This document shows, one piece after another, positions 18,159 to 27,572 of a stretch of 64,000 nucleotides of DNA (positions within the stretch are counted from its first letter, which is position 1; every line of letters begins with the position of its first letter). This stretch comes from Minisyncoccota bacterium (lineage in GTDB: Bacteria > Patescibacteriota > Minisyncoccia > Phycocordibacterales > JABMNX01). The stretch spans positions 42,986 to 106,985 of the forward strand of contig JBBDOU010000008.1 in the NCBI GenBank assembly GCA_040876885.1, given 5' to 3'. Under the pieces are notes generated by a model. The model did no database searches. It was not told the DNA's origin and was given only the letters and a program-made list of their open reading frames with translations. Both the position numbers and the translations under genes were made by a program.

Positions 18159-18231
18159 CAAAGCAGAAGGTCTTGGTGAGTATGTGAGCCTGTTTAAATA
18201 ACCACCTCACCGCCAGCTTCTTTCCACTGCA
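18151..18231. repeat. 81-bp direct repeat, copy 2 (pseudo 3' end of msrAB plus the functional 3' end of the rhodanese gene)
   Basis: aaagacatcaaagcagaaggtcttggtgagtatgtgagcctgtttaaataaccacctcaccgccagcttctttccactgca. Confidence 0.9.
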
Positions 18232-18496
18232 TGATACCGTGCGCGTTCTCGACGTGAGTAAAGCCTGCTTCTTCTAAGATTTCCTTAGCTCTTCCTGCGC
18301 GTCCTCCAGCATTACATGCGGTATATATTTTCATGTCTTTAGGTATGTTTGGTAATTCACCGTTTTCAAACCGTTCGAACTCAAACCGTGTGGCGAGCTT
18401 CGCGTGTCCTGTGTCCCACTCTTCGTCTCTTCTTAAATCAAGAAATACCGCCTCTCCAGATTCAACTTCTTTTGTTATTTTTTCTATATCTATCAT
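18194..18496 (-). CDS. Rhodanese-like single-domain sulfurtransferase
   Basis: 100 aa; active-site loop YTACNAGGRAGRA. Confidence 0.75.
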   Translation of the reverse strand: MIDIEKITKEVESGEAVFLDLRRDEEWDTGHAKLATRFEFERFENGELPNIPKDMKIYTACNAGGRAGRAKEILEEAGFTHVENAHGIMQWKEAGGEVVI

Positions 18497-18505
18497 ATTA
18501 TTTAT

Positions 18506-18904
18506 TTACGTTGGTCTGTTATTTTTTCTAAAAGTAATCCTGTATACAAAGTACCCAATGAGTCCTAACTGAATGGTGGGAGTGAGTCCTACCACAAGGA
18601 AGGGTACTAACGGCATCATGTATGTATACTCCCAACGCTCAATCCCCAGTGCCCAGTATTCGATACCTACAGATACGATCACCCCGCCAAGAATAAGTAA
18701 ACTCGGATACCGTCTTGATATAGCAAAAAGTTGTAGTGCAAAAATTAATGCGAGTATTATTACCGCGTCAACAAATGCTGCCCTAAACAACATAAGTTCT
18801 GTTATAGGCTCTCCTTTATAGTGAACATACAAAAAGTGATGCGCGTTCTCCCAAATGAGATTTAATCCAAACGCGTAGATAAAAACGAGAAACCATTTTT
18901 TCAT
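18506..18904 (-). CDS. Polytopic membrane protein, unknown function
   Basis: 132 aa with four hydrophobic helices. Confidence 0.5.
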   Translation of the reverse strand: MKKWFLVFIYAFGLNLIWENAHHFLYVHYKGEPITELMLFRAAFVDAVIILALIFALQLFAISRRYPSLLILGGVIVSVGIEYWALGIERWEYTYMMPLVPFLVVGLTPTIQLGLIGYFVYRITFRKNNRPT

Positions 18905-18933
18905 ACCAAGCAGTATACCAAAATTAGAAATAT

Positions 18934-19734
18934 CTACAGATCTATTTCAATACTCACAGGGCAGTGGTCTGAGCCCATCACCTCTTTATGAATAGTTGCT
19001 TGAGTAAGCTTTGGTACAAGTTTTTTACTGACAAAAAAATAGTCAATACGCCACCCAACGTTTCGTGCGCGAGAGTTTTGCCAATGTGTCCACCATGAAT
19101 AGTGACCATTCCCTTCTGGAGTGAAGTGACGAAAGGTATCAACGAATCCAACGTCAACCATACGGTTGACACCGTCTCGCTCTTCGTTGGTGAATCCATG
19201 CTTTCCTTCGTTTGGTTTTGGATGTGCAAGGTCTTGTTCCTCATGCGCTACATTGAGGTCACCACAAAAAATGACCGGTTTCTTCTTCTGAAGCACTGCA
19301 CAGTATTCAAGAAATGCAGGATCCCAGTTTTCATGACGGAGCTTTAAGCGGCTTAAATCACCTTTTGAATTTGGCGTGTACACGGTCACCACAAAAAATT
19401 TTTTAAACTCAGCCGTGATGACACGACCTTCTGTGTTTGGATTACCATATCCATCGTCTTTAATCTTGTACTTCTTTGCGATGTCAGTCGGTATATCATT
19501 GACTACAGACAGCGGTTTTTCTTTTGTGAAAATTGCGGTACCTGAATATCCTTTTTTTACTGCTGAGTTCCAGTACTCAGTGTAGTCAGGTAAATCAACA
19601 GGGGACTGGTCAGGTTGTGCCTTGGTTTCCTGAAGACATAGGATATCTGGTGTATGTTTCTTAACAAACGGAATAAAGAGTCCTTTATTGTGAACTGCGC
19701 GTATTCCATTTACATTCCATGACATTATTTTCAT
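18934..19734 (-). CDS. xth: Exodeoxyribonuclease III / AP endonuclease
   Basis: MKIMSWNVNGIRA N-terminus, ILCLQETK, C-terminal SDHCPV; start placed at MKIMSW rather than the longer track ORF. Confidence 0.88.
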   Translation of the reverse strand: MKIMSWNVNGIRAVHNKGLFIPFVKKHTPDILCLQETKAQPDQSPVDLPDYTEYWNSAVKKGYSGTAIFTKEKPLSVVNDIPTDIAKKYKIKDDGYGNPNTEGRVITAEFKKFFVVTVYTPNSKGDLSRLKLRHENWDPAFLEYCAVLQKKKPVIFCGDLNVAHEEQDLAHPKPNEGKHGFTNEERDGVNRMVDVGFVDTFRHFTPEGNGHYSWWTHWQNSRARNVGWRIDYFFVSKKLVPKLTQATIHKEVMGSDHCPVSIEIDL

Positions 19735-19750
19735 TACCATCGAGTATACC

Positions 19751-19786
19751 ATGAACAAAAAACACCTCACCTTCCAGAAGGTGAGG
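19751..19786. terminator. Bidirectional hairpin terminator (acacctcaccttc-caga-aggtgaggtgt)
   Basis: Perfect stem flanked by A- and T-runs. Confidence 0.65.
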
Positions 19787-19806
19787 TGTTTTTATGTATG
19801 TATTTC

Positions 19807-20214
19807 CTACAAGAGAAAACCTTGGTAAACAAAATAGATTCCGAGAACTACAGAAACGACTCCCATGAGTCGGGCCATGTGTGCTCCCATAAAGGCTTCA
19901 ATCATTGCCGAGATTGTCTTCTGTGGAAGAAGCATCATCAGTACTCCTTCTACGACTACAACCCAACCAATAAGAGAAACGAGTACTTCTAGAAGTCCGT
20001 CCCACACGTTGTGGTTAAGAACTAAAAGAAGACCTACAACAAGCGCAATTGCTCCATCAAAGTAGGGAAGAAGATAACTTCGTTTCGCTTCCTGCATTGC
20101 TCCCTTCATACGAGCTGGGTTTAAAAGCATACCTACTCCTGCTACGAGAAAGTACACCCCCATAACCTGAGCAAGAAATAATGTAATATCCATCATATAT
20201 ATATGTATGAGCAT
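19807..20214 (-). CDS. Polytopic membrane protein, unknown function
   Basis: 135 aa, four predicted TM helices. Confidence 0.5.
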   Translation of the reverse strand: MLIHIYMMDITLFLAQVMGVYFLVAGVGMLLNPARMKGAMQEAKRSYLLPYFDGAIALVVGLLLVLNHNVWDGLLEVLVSLIGWVVVVEGVLMMLLPQKTISAMIEAFMGAHMARLMGVVSVVLGIYFVYQGFLL

Positions 20215-20412
20215 CTAGTAAATACCGACCTCTGTATATATACTACTGCCGGTGGTGAATATAAAGATAGTCTGTCTCTGTGGATAGAAACCTTTCATGA
20301 AAAACATTTGTTTGTAGAGAAAGAGAGGAGATCTTTATGAATACCGATGTGCAAAGTGCTATCACTTTTATTGAAACGACCGGGAGATATGTTCCTATTG
20401 CCGTACCAATAA

Positions 20413-20446
20413 TAAAAACCTAGCGATATATCGCTAGGTTTTTATT
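20413..20446. terminator. Bidirectional terminator (aaaaacctagcgatatatcgctaggttttt)
   Basis: Perfect palindrome flanked by A- and T-runs. Confidence 0.7.
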
Positions 20447-20582
20447 ATTGTTGTACGACTTCACTCGATACGTCAGAAAAAATCTTTGGACGTACTGAGT
20501 GCGCTCTGGAAACCGCACGCGACGCTCATCTTGGGGCAATTTAGTGGCGTACTTATGAGTGGACCTTTGTTTTAATATCCAA

Positions 20583-21521
20583 CTACTTTCTGCCTTTACC
20601 ATGAAACTGTTTATGTATATCGTGAAGATGTTTATCGGTTACGTGGGTGTAAATCTGAGTCGTCGCGATATTTGCGTGTCCTAAGAGTGCCTGCACTGAA
20701 CGGAGGTCTGCGCCGTTTTGTAGCAAGTCAGTCGCAAATGAGTGTCGGAGCGTGTGTGGTGTCACTCGCTTATCAATCCCTGCTTTGATTGCATATTGTT
20801 TCACTAAACGTTCTACTCCTCGTGTTGAGAGTCGCATGGAACCACTTTCAGTCTCTGCGCGTTTTGCACCACGACCTAAGTAAATAAAGAGTGCCTCATC
20901 AGTGTCTTTTCTTTTATCTAAATATTTTTTAATCGCACTTTTTGCTCCGAGCGATATAAATACTGGACGTACTTTGCCACCTTTACCACGCACAGAGATT
21001 TCGTCACGACTCCAATCAAGATATCGCGAGAGGGAACACAGCTCTGACACACGAAGTCCTGTAGAGAAGAGAAGCTCGAGTATTGCTCTATCGCGGAGTG
21101 CCTTCACCTCGTCTCCCTCGGGGGACTTAAGGAGTCTTTGAAGTTCTGTTGATGAAATGAGACTCAAGTCCCGTGGGGTTTCTTTTGCAAGCTCTATCGT
21201 GTCAGGAGGAAGGACCTCAAAACCACGTTTCACAAGATATTTTAGGAATTGACGAAGCGCAATAAGATAATAATTCTGTGTACGCCGATTAAGCCCCGCA
21301 CGGTTCAGTTCAAGTCGATATTTTCGTATCTTTTCAGTTGTAATATCTTGTACTTCTTTAGCCCCCGAAAAAACAAAAAACCGAGTGACGTACCGGTTAT
21401 AATTTTCAACCGTCTTGAGTGCACGACCACGCTCAATCTCAATATATTCGAGATATTCTTGCTTGAGTGACTTTAAGTTCTGCGCCATTATATTTATTAT
21501 AGCAGTTATTGTGCGACCCAT
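20583..21521 (-). CDS. xerC: Tyrosine site-specific recombinase (XerC/XerD family)
   Basis: C-terminal catalytic region HTLRHSFATDLLQNGADLRSVQALLGHANIATTQIYTHV. Confidence 0.85.
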   Translation of the reverse strand: MGRTITAIINIMAQNLKSLKQEYLEYIEIERGRALKTVENYNRYVTRFFVFSGAKEVQDITTEKIRKYRLELNRAGLNRRTQNYYLIALRQFLKYLVKRGFEVLPPDTIELAKETPRDLSLISSTELQRLLKSPEGDEVKALRDRAILELLFSTGLRVSELCSLSRYLDWSRDEISVRGKGGKVRPVFISLGAKSAIKKYLDKRKDTDEALFIYLGRGAKRAETESGSMRLSTRGVERLVKQYAIKAGIDKRVTPHTLRHSFATDLLQNGADLRSVQALLGHANIATTQIYTHVTDKHLHDIHKQFHGKGRK

Positions 21522-21829
21522 ATATCTTATGAAGACCTTCCGTCTGAATTAGATAAATGGGGAGTGCTACAGTAAGCCGACTATATTTTCTTGGAGATGA
21601 AATCGGCGAAATTAACCTAACTTTCTTAGCGGTGAAACCGATTTAGAAAATAGGAGACGTATGGACCGACCATATATAAACTCAACAGGGAGCAAATGTA
21701 AGAACATCACTAACTTCCATAGACAGAAACATCCATAAAAAAGCTCATTAAGGTCATACTAAAACAGTAGCTTCTATAGAATAAGCCATATATTATAGGT
21801 ACTAAGACTACCAAAGCACGCGAAAAACC

Positions 21830-21858
21830 TTGCAAATAGCCATATTCTATGCTACTAT
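21830..21858 (+). promoter_or_regulatory. Candidate promoter TTGCAA-N17-TACTAT ending 6 nt before the rpsO ATG
   Basis: Hexamers and spacing as stated; no Shine-Dalgarno space. Confidence 0.4.
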
Positions 21859-21864
21859 GTCCCC

Positions 21865-22131
21865 ATGTTAACTAAACAGAAAAAAGCACGAGCAGTTAAA
21901 ACCGTCCAGAAACATGAGACTGACACGGGCTCTTCTGAGGTGCAAGTGGCACTCCTTTCAAAGAAAATTGATGCACTTGCCCTACATCTGAAGAAAAACA
22001 ACAAAGATAAGCACTCACGAAGAGGGCTTCTCCAGATGGTTGCGGATAGACGCAAGCACCTAAAATACCTTGAAACAAACAATAAGCGTTCTTATACGGC
22101 ACTTATTAAAAAGCTTGGTTTGAAGAAATAA
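21865..22131 (+). CDS. rpsO: 30S ribosomal protein S15
   Basis: 88 aa; TGSSEVQVALLSKKIDALALHLKKNNKDKHSRRGLLQMVADRRKHLKYL. Confidence 0.9.
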   Translation: MLTKQKKARAVKTVQKHETDTGSSEVQVALLSKKIDALALHLKKNNKDKHSRRGLLQMVADRRKHLKYLETNNKRSYTALIKKLGLKK

Positions 22132-22320
22132 TTCTCTATAGTTATTTCTTAATTTACTTATTCTTATACTTATTTTGATTTTATAAGTAAGTCTTTTATA
22201 CTTTAAGGAGGTCGTTTCGTTAGCGATACATAACGATATGTTGTTTTGTGTACATTTTTACTCGTGCGCATTCTGAGCGTTAACATTTTATAAGCATTAA
22301 TTTCATTTACAATAAAATAT

Positions 22321-22854
22321 ATGGCTGTTATTAAACATAAAGAACAGCGCGTTGGTGTTTTTATCGATACGCAAAATCTTTACCATAGCGCAAAAAATTT
22401 ATATAAAGCCAAAGTTAACTTTGGAAATGTTTTGAAACAAGCAGTTGCGGGACGTCAACTCATTAGAGCTCGGGCATACGTGGTAACAACAGAAAGTGGC
22501 GAAGAACAAAACTTCTTTGAAGCACTTGAAAAGCTTGGTATCGAAATAAAAACAAAAGACCTGCAGGTCTTTTATGGAGGCGCAAAAAAAGCAGACTGGG
22601 ATGTGGGTATGGCTGTTGATGCTATCTCAATGGCATCAAAATTAGATGCGGTGGTACTCGCGACAGGTGATGGAGACTTTAACCCACTTGTTGAATACCT
22701 TCAGTACAATGAGGGATGCCAAGTAGAGGTTATTTCATTTGGTAAATCTACCTCATCAACACTTCGCGAGCTTGCTGATGATTTCTATGACCTCTGCGAT
22801 GATCACAAAAAATATCTCATTGGAGGCTCAAACTGGAAACTTCCACGTCCGTAA
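22321..22854 (+). CDS. NYN-domain (LabA/YacP-like) predicted RNase
   Basis: RVGVFIDTQNLY opening, ATGDGDFNPLV aspartate cluster. Confidence 0.7.
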   Translation: MAVIKHKEQRVGVFIDTQNLYHSAKNLYKAKVNFGNVLKQAVAGRQLIRARAYVVTTESGEEQNFFEALEKLGIEIKTKDLQVFYGGAKKADWDVGMAVDAISMASKLDAVVLATGDGDFNPLVEYLQYNEGCQVEVISFGKSTSSTLRELADDFYDLCDDHKKYLIGGSNWKLPRP

Positions 22855-22881
22855 CGCCTTATAGCGTTTCACGCTTCAAAA

Positions 22882-22906
22882 CTCACTCACCTATGAGTGG
22901 GTTTTG
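22882..22906 (+). terminator. Terminator after the NYN-domain gene
   Basis: ctcactca-ccta-tgagtggg hairpin followed by TTTTGTGATTTT. Confidence 0.55.
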
Positions 22907-22991
22907 TGATTTTATATAATTACACATCCCTCTGTTATAATAAAGGAAACAAAAAAATTAACCCTGCAGAGAAATAACACTCCGTATATCT

Positions 22992-24050
22992 ATGAGCACC
23001 GAACCAGAAAAAAAATTTAGCCTTAATGACGAAGTAGACGCAAAATTTGCGCCAATGCGGTCTCTATCTTCTTTTCCTGGAGAAGAAAATAGAGCTTCTC
23101 TTGATGAAGATTTTGACAGCAGTATTGTACAGAATGGGAAACCAAAAGCTCCGCTCCGTGGAGGCATAAAGAGGGTGCGAACATACAAGGAAGATATCGC
23201 AGAAGCTGTTAAGAACCAGAAAGCTTCCGTAACAAGTATTGCGGCAGCAGAAGAGAGGAGAAGGACGGGTATTCCGCAAGATGTACTTGAAAAAAAACCA
23301 CGGGACATAAAAAGAACCCTCACGGTACTCGGCAGTATCCTCCTACTCCTCATAGGAATAGGGGTTATTGCTTTTTTCTACTTTTTTTATGAAAAAGAAT
23401 CAGTGGTTATACAACAAGAAATTCCTTCGTTAGTTTTTGCAGAGAGCCAAGAAGAAATCAATGTCACCAAGAAAACAGCCCGTGAGATTCTCCAACAATT
23501 ATATACTTCACGAAATACAACACAGCTCCCACTTGGACAAGTCTCTCACCTATACCTTACAGAATCCACGGAGACACCAGAAGGTACGTATACTCAGTTA
23601 ATTACCACTGAGGCACTCCTTACAAAAATACAAGCACAGGTAAGTGGCTCATTTTTGCGTTCACTTGAGCCGTCTTTTATGCTCGGCGTACATGTATTTA
23701 ATAACAACCAACCGTTTATCATCCTTAAATCAAATTCTTACCAACATGCTTTTGCGGGGATGCTCGAATGGGAGCGAACACTGTATGACGACCTCTTCCT
23801 GTTTACAGGATTAAAGAACGATCCAGTTTTAGGAGCACCAATAGACCCCCAAACCGGTAACGAAATTGTGCTCAGCGAAGTATTTGAAGATAGAATAGTA
23901 AAAAATATCGATGTGCGGGCGCTCACTGATGAAAGTGGAGTAATCAAATTCCTCTATGCATTTCCTGATCAAAAAACCCTGATTATAACTACTAATGAGA
24001 ATACGCTTATTGAAATAATTACACGACTTAACTCAGTCAGAGTGTTCTAA
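22992..24050 (+). CDS. Single-pass membrane protein, unknown function
   Basis: Acidic N-terminal region, one TM helix (LTVLGSILLLLIGIGVIAFFYFF), extracytoplasmic C-terminal domain. Confidence 0.55.
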   Translation: MSTEPEKKFSLNDEVDAKFAPMRSLSSFPGEENRASLDEDFDSSIVQNGKPKAPLRGGIKRVRTYKEDIAEAVKNQKASVTSIAAAEERRRTGIPQDVLEKKPRDIKRTLTVLGSILLLLIGIGVIAFFYFFYEKESVVIQQEIPSLVFAESQEEINVTKKTAREILQQLYTSRNTTQLPLGQVSHLYLTESTETPEGTYTQLITTEALLTKIQAQVSGSFLRSLEPSFMLGVHVFNNNQPFIILKSNSYQHAFAGMLEWERTLYDDLFLFTGLKNDPVLGAPIDPQTGNEIVLSEVFEDRIVKNIDVRALTDESGVIKFLYAFPDQKTLIITTNENTLIEIITRLNSVRVF

Positions 24051-24122
24051 TAGTAATTGCGCTTGCTAGAAACTAATCCTCTGCTATGATTTTACTATAA
24101 TAAAAATCATTAACTAACTGAT

Positions 24123-24491
24123 ATGGAAATTGATACACAAAAATTTAAAGAAAAACTTACTACTGAGATGGAAACACTTTCTGGAGAACTGCAGAAAATA
24201 GCGCGTGTCAATCCTGATAGCGAAAAAGAAGACTGGGAAGCAAAGGGTGCACAAGAAGGGGTTGGTCAAGCGGACCCAAATGAACGTGCTGACGCACAGG
24301 AAGAGTACGAACTTAACAACACACTCCTTAAAGATATCGAAATGCGATATAACAATGTAAAAGAAGCACTGACGCGCATAGAAGACGGTACATATGGTGT
24401 TTGTTCTGTAAGTGGGGAGCCTATTGAAATAGATCGTCTTGAGGCAAATCCTGCAGCAACCACTTGCAAGGCTCACATGAACGAAGTGTAA
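24123..24491 (+). CDS. DksA/TraR-family protein with a degenerate zinc finger
   Basis: Coiled-coil N-terminus; C-terminal GTYGVCSVSGEPIEIDRLEANPAATTCKAH keeps only 2 of the 4 usual Cys. Confidence 0.6.
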   Translation: MEIDTQKFKEKLTTEMETLSGELQKIARVNPDSEKEDWEAKGAQEGVGQADPNERADAQEEYELNNTLLKDIEMRYNNVKEALTRIEDGTYGVCSVSGEPIEIDRLEANPAATTCKAHMNEV

Positions 24492-24503
24492 TATTCCTAC
24501 GGT

Positions 24504-25997
24504 ATGAGTTTTGCGAAAGTATACAGTGCACAGACATCATACTTAGAAGCTCATATAATTGATATCGAAGTAGACCTTTCAAAAGGTCTTCATTCGTTTG
24601 GAATTGTTGGACTTCCTGGTAAAGCTGTCGAAGAATCTCGAGACAGGGTGTCAGCAGCAATTAAAAATTCTGGCTTTAAATCTCCTAAAAGTAAAAACCA
24701 AAAGGTGGTTATTTCTCTTGCGCCCGCAGATATAAAAAAAGAAGGTCCTGCATTCGACTTAGGCATAGCACTTGCATACCTCCTTGCGACAGAAGACATC
24801 ACATTTAACCCAACGGGACTTTTGTTTTTAGGAGAGCTCTCTCTTGATGGAGAACTTCGTCCGATACATGGAATCTTGCCACTTATACGGAAGGCAAAGC
24901 AGGTTGGATTTAGAGAAGTCTTTGTACCATTTGAAAATAGTAAAGAAGCTGGTCTTATTGAGGGAGTTGATATCTATCCAGCAAAAACACTCTCTGAAGT
25001 AATTCTTCACCTAGACACAGAGCACACAGAGCACGCACAGCTCACGAAACAACAAAAAACCGAGGTGCAGTACGATATTCCTGAGAGCGCAATTGATTTT
25101 GGTGACATACGCTCACAAGAAAGTGCCAAACGTGGACTCCTTATCGCAGCATCGGGGCGTCATAACATTATGCTCTATGGACCGCCGGGCACAGGAAAGA
25201 CAATGCTTGCACGAGCGTTTAATAACATCCTTCCAAACCTTTCATTTGAAGAATGTTTAGAGGTGACATCAATCCACTCAATTGCCGGAGTACTCTCTGG
25301 ACCATTGATTACACTCCCTCCATTTCGGAGCCCGCACCACACCGCATCCTACGTATCTCTTGTTGGCGGTGGAGCAACGCCAAAGCCTGGTGAAATAACC
25401 CTTGCGCATCGTGGTGTTCTTTTTCTCGATGAGTTCCCTGAGTTTGAACGCCGGACTATCGAAGCGCTCCGCCAGCCACTTGAAGAGCGGACGGTCACCG
25501 TGGTTCGTGCAAAGGGGTCTGCACTTTTCCCTGCAAACTTTATTTTAGTTGCCGCAATGAACCCCCCAGAAAAAGATGGTATAGCACAAGGAAGGTTTGA
25601 AAAGAAAATATCTGGACCAATTATAGACCGCGTCGATATGTGGATTGAAGTTGGAAACATTGACCACAAAACACTCTCTGTGGAAGGAGACTCACCACGA
25701 GAATCAGAAGGACTTAGGAGACAAGTGCTCGAAGCACGAAAAAAACAAAGCAAACGTTTTGGGGTAGCAAAATGCAATAGTGAGATGACAGTACGTGAAC
25801 TTGCGTGCCACGTTACCCTAGAAGGACCGGTCCGAGATATCCTCAATAGTGCCGCTACAAAACTAAACCTCTCACCGCGCGCATATCACCGTGTTATCAA
25901 ACTTGCCCGAACTATCGCAGACATAGAAGATGCGAACGAGGTTGAGGAAGGACATATTCTCGAAGCGCTTCAGTACCGTCCGCGAAGTTTTTTGTAA
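24504..25997 (+). CDS. comM: YifB/ComM-family Mg-chelatase-like AAA ATPase
   Basis: Lon-like N-domain, Walker A GPPGTGKTMLAR, Walker B VLFLDEFPEF. Confidence 0.85.
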   Translation: MSFAKVYSAQTSYLEAHIIDIEVDLSKGLHSFGIVGLPGKAVEESRDRVSAAIKNSGFKSPKSKNQKVVISLAPADIKKEGPAFDLGIALAYLLATEDITFNPTGLLFLGELSLDGELRPIHGILPLIRKAKQVGFREVFVPFENSKEAGLIEGVDIYPAKTLSEVILHLDTEHTEHAQLTKQQKTEVQYDIPESAIDFGDIRSQESAKRGLLIAASGRHNIMLYGPPGTGKTMLARAFNNILPNLSFEECLEVTSIHSIAGVLSGPLITLPPFRSPHHTASYVSLVGGGATPKPGEITLAHRGVLFLDEFPEFERRTIEALRQPLEERTVTVVRAKGSALFPANFILVAAMNPPEKDGIAQGRFEKKISGPIIDRVDMWIEVGNIDHKTLSVEGDSPRESEGLRRQVLEARKKQSKRFGVAKCNSEMTVRELACHVTLEGPVRDILNSAATKLNLSPRAYHRVIKLARTIADIEDANEVEEGHILEALQYRPRSFL

Positions 25998-26056
25998 CCT
26001 TTTAAATATCGTGTTTGTTTATACCAGAAGAAACACGTGTTCTTGGAGGACGTCTA

Positions 26057-26245
26057 ATGCATAGACATAAAAAGGTTTCACCGCATGAAGATACGCTCTT
26101 AAGTCGTGCCTGCGCACTCGAAGTGTATCTAACAGAAATCCGTGACCATATAGAAAATGACGAAATAGAATCTGCAAAAGAAATAATTGATACAGTACTT
26201 CGTGTCCTCGTACGAGTGACACTAAAAAACGACTCAAAAAATTGA
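26057..26245 (+). CDS. Small hypothetical protein
   Basis: GGAGG Shine-Dalgarno 9 nt upstream of ATG at 26057; fills the gap before a terminator; no motifs. Confidence 0.3.
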   Translation: MHRHKKVSPHEDTLLSRACALEVYLTEIRDHIENDEIESAKEIIDTVLRVLVRVTLKNDSKN

Positions 26246-26252
26246 GTCGTTT
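26228..26252. terminator. Hairpin terminator (aacgactcaa-aaaa-ttgagtcgtt)
   Basis: Perfect stem between comM and the small ORF on one side and the convergent M23 peptidase gene on the other. Confidence 0.6.
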
Positions 26253-26273
26253 ACTGCTTTATATCTCACTTAT

Positions 26274-27308
26274 TTAAAATGGGTTCTTCGCTCCACGAAC
26301 CTCAAAGTGAAGATGTGATCCTGTTGAACGTCCTGTACTTCCAACATACCCAATAACCTGACCTTGCACGACACGTTGCCCACTATAGACAATTACCGTC
26401 GACATGTGGGAATACAGGGTCTGTGTTCCGTTACCATGACGAATCACGGCATATGTTCCGTACCCACCGTTCCATCCACCATTTCGAACGACAATAACGT
26501 CACCTGTAGCTGAGGCAAGAATTGGAGTTCCTGATGGAGCAGCAAGGTCGACACCGTTATATCCATGAATCCCCTGTGATTTTCGCCCACCAACAATCGG
26601 TCGCATATAGTATCCAGAATATGATGAACTGTTTGAACCGGTGACTACCTGTGTTGTTGCTTTATAGACTGGTGCCTCCACCTCTCCACCTGGCACGGTG
26701 ATAACATCTCCAACGGCAAGAATTACATTTTCCGTAATGTCGTTATATTGTAGAACTTCGTTGAAATCTCCTTTGTATTTCTTAGCAATACTCTGTAGGG
26801 TGTCTCCTTTCTCTACAATGTGCTGTACTCCAGACACAGGAAGAATAACGAGCGTTTGTCCTTCTTTAATAAGAGAACCTTTCTTAATGTCGTTCGCCCA
26901 AATAATTGTACCCGTTGTGACGTTAAACATTTTAGCTATTTGAGAAAGCGAATCTCCTTCACGAACAACATAAATACTAATACGCCCTCCATGCTGTGGG
27001 CGAACCTCAACATCAGCAAGCGTTCCTGTTGGTCCTGTTTCAGAAAGCAGTGCAGAACCGTCTACAACAGTAATATCACCTCCTCCTTTTGCAGGGTTTG
27101 GGTCAACGTTACGAGCAGCTTTTAATACTAGCGCATTTTGAGAATTATATTCTGAATCAACCACACGTGCCGTATCAGATAAAAAAGAGGATATAAAAGA
27201 AACAATCCCCGCATGCGTAGGGGTTGGGGATATAAATAAGAGCGCAATGACAATGCTACATAATGAAAAAACAGCGGTACTGAGCCGTGCATGTTTCTTT
27301 TTTATCAT
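26274..27308 (-). CDS. LysM-LysM-M23 peptidoglycan endopeptidase
   Basis: Signal/TM N-terminus; two LysM motifs (GDSLSQIAKMF..., GDTLQSIAKKY...); M23 HxxxD/HxH region (GIHGYNGVDLAAPSGTP...GSHLHFEV). Confidence 0.85.
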   Translation of the reverse strand: MIKKKHARLSTAVFSLCSIVIALLFISPTPTHAGIVSFISSFLSDTARVVDSEYNSQNALVLKAARNVDPNPAKGGGDITVVDGSALLSETGPTGTLADVEVRPQHGGRISIYVVREGDSLSQIAKMFNVTTGTIIWANDIKKGSLIKEGQTLVILPVSGVQHIVEKGDTLQSIAKKYKGDFNEVLQYNDITENVILAVGDVITVPGGEVEAPVYKATTQVVTGSNSSSYSGYYMRPIVGGRKSQGIHGYNGVDLAAPSGTPILASATGDVIVVRNGGWNGGYGTYAVIRHGNGTQTLYSHMSTVIVYSGQRVVQGQVIGYVGSTGRSTGSHLHFEVRGAKNPF

Positions 27309-27572
27309 CTGATGAGTTTCCTTACTATATAAGGGGTCAGAATCCTGTGGATTTGAGTTGATAAGTTAAATGTTATGAGAAAAACCCGAACGGTCACATC
27401 TGGAATGGCTTAGTTAAGCCATGAAAATAATCCCGCTATTCAGTACCTACCCACTATATCTTCTACTCATTAAAAGTCAACGAGTAATACACACCAAAAG
27501 AAACTGCCTATTATAGCCTTATGTTAAGCCATTTTTAGGCGCTTTCACACAAAACTATGCTATAGTTTTTTA

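Noticed and set aside
20583-21521. XerC-type recombinase as the integrase of a mobile element
   Set aside because: No flanking direct repeats, tRNA target or cargo genes were found. Its neighbours are housekeeping genes, so it is most simply the chromosomal dimer-resolution recombinase.
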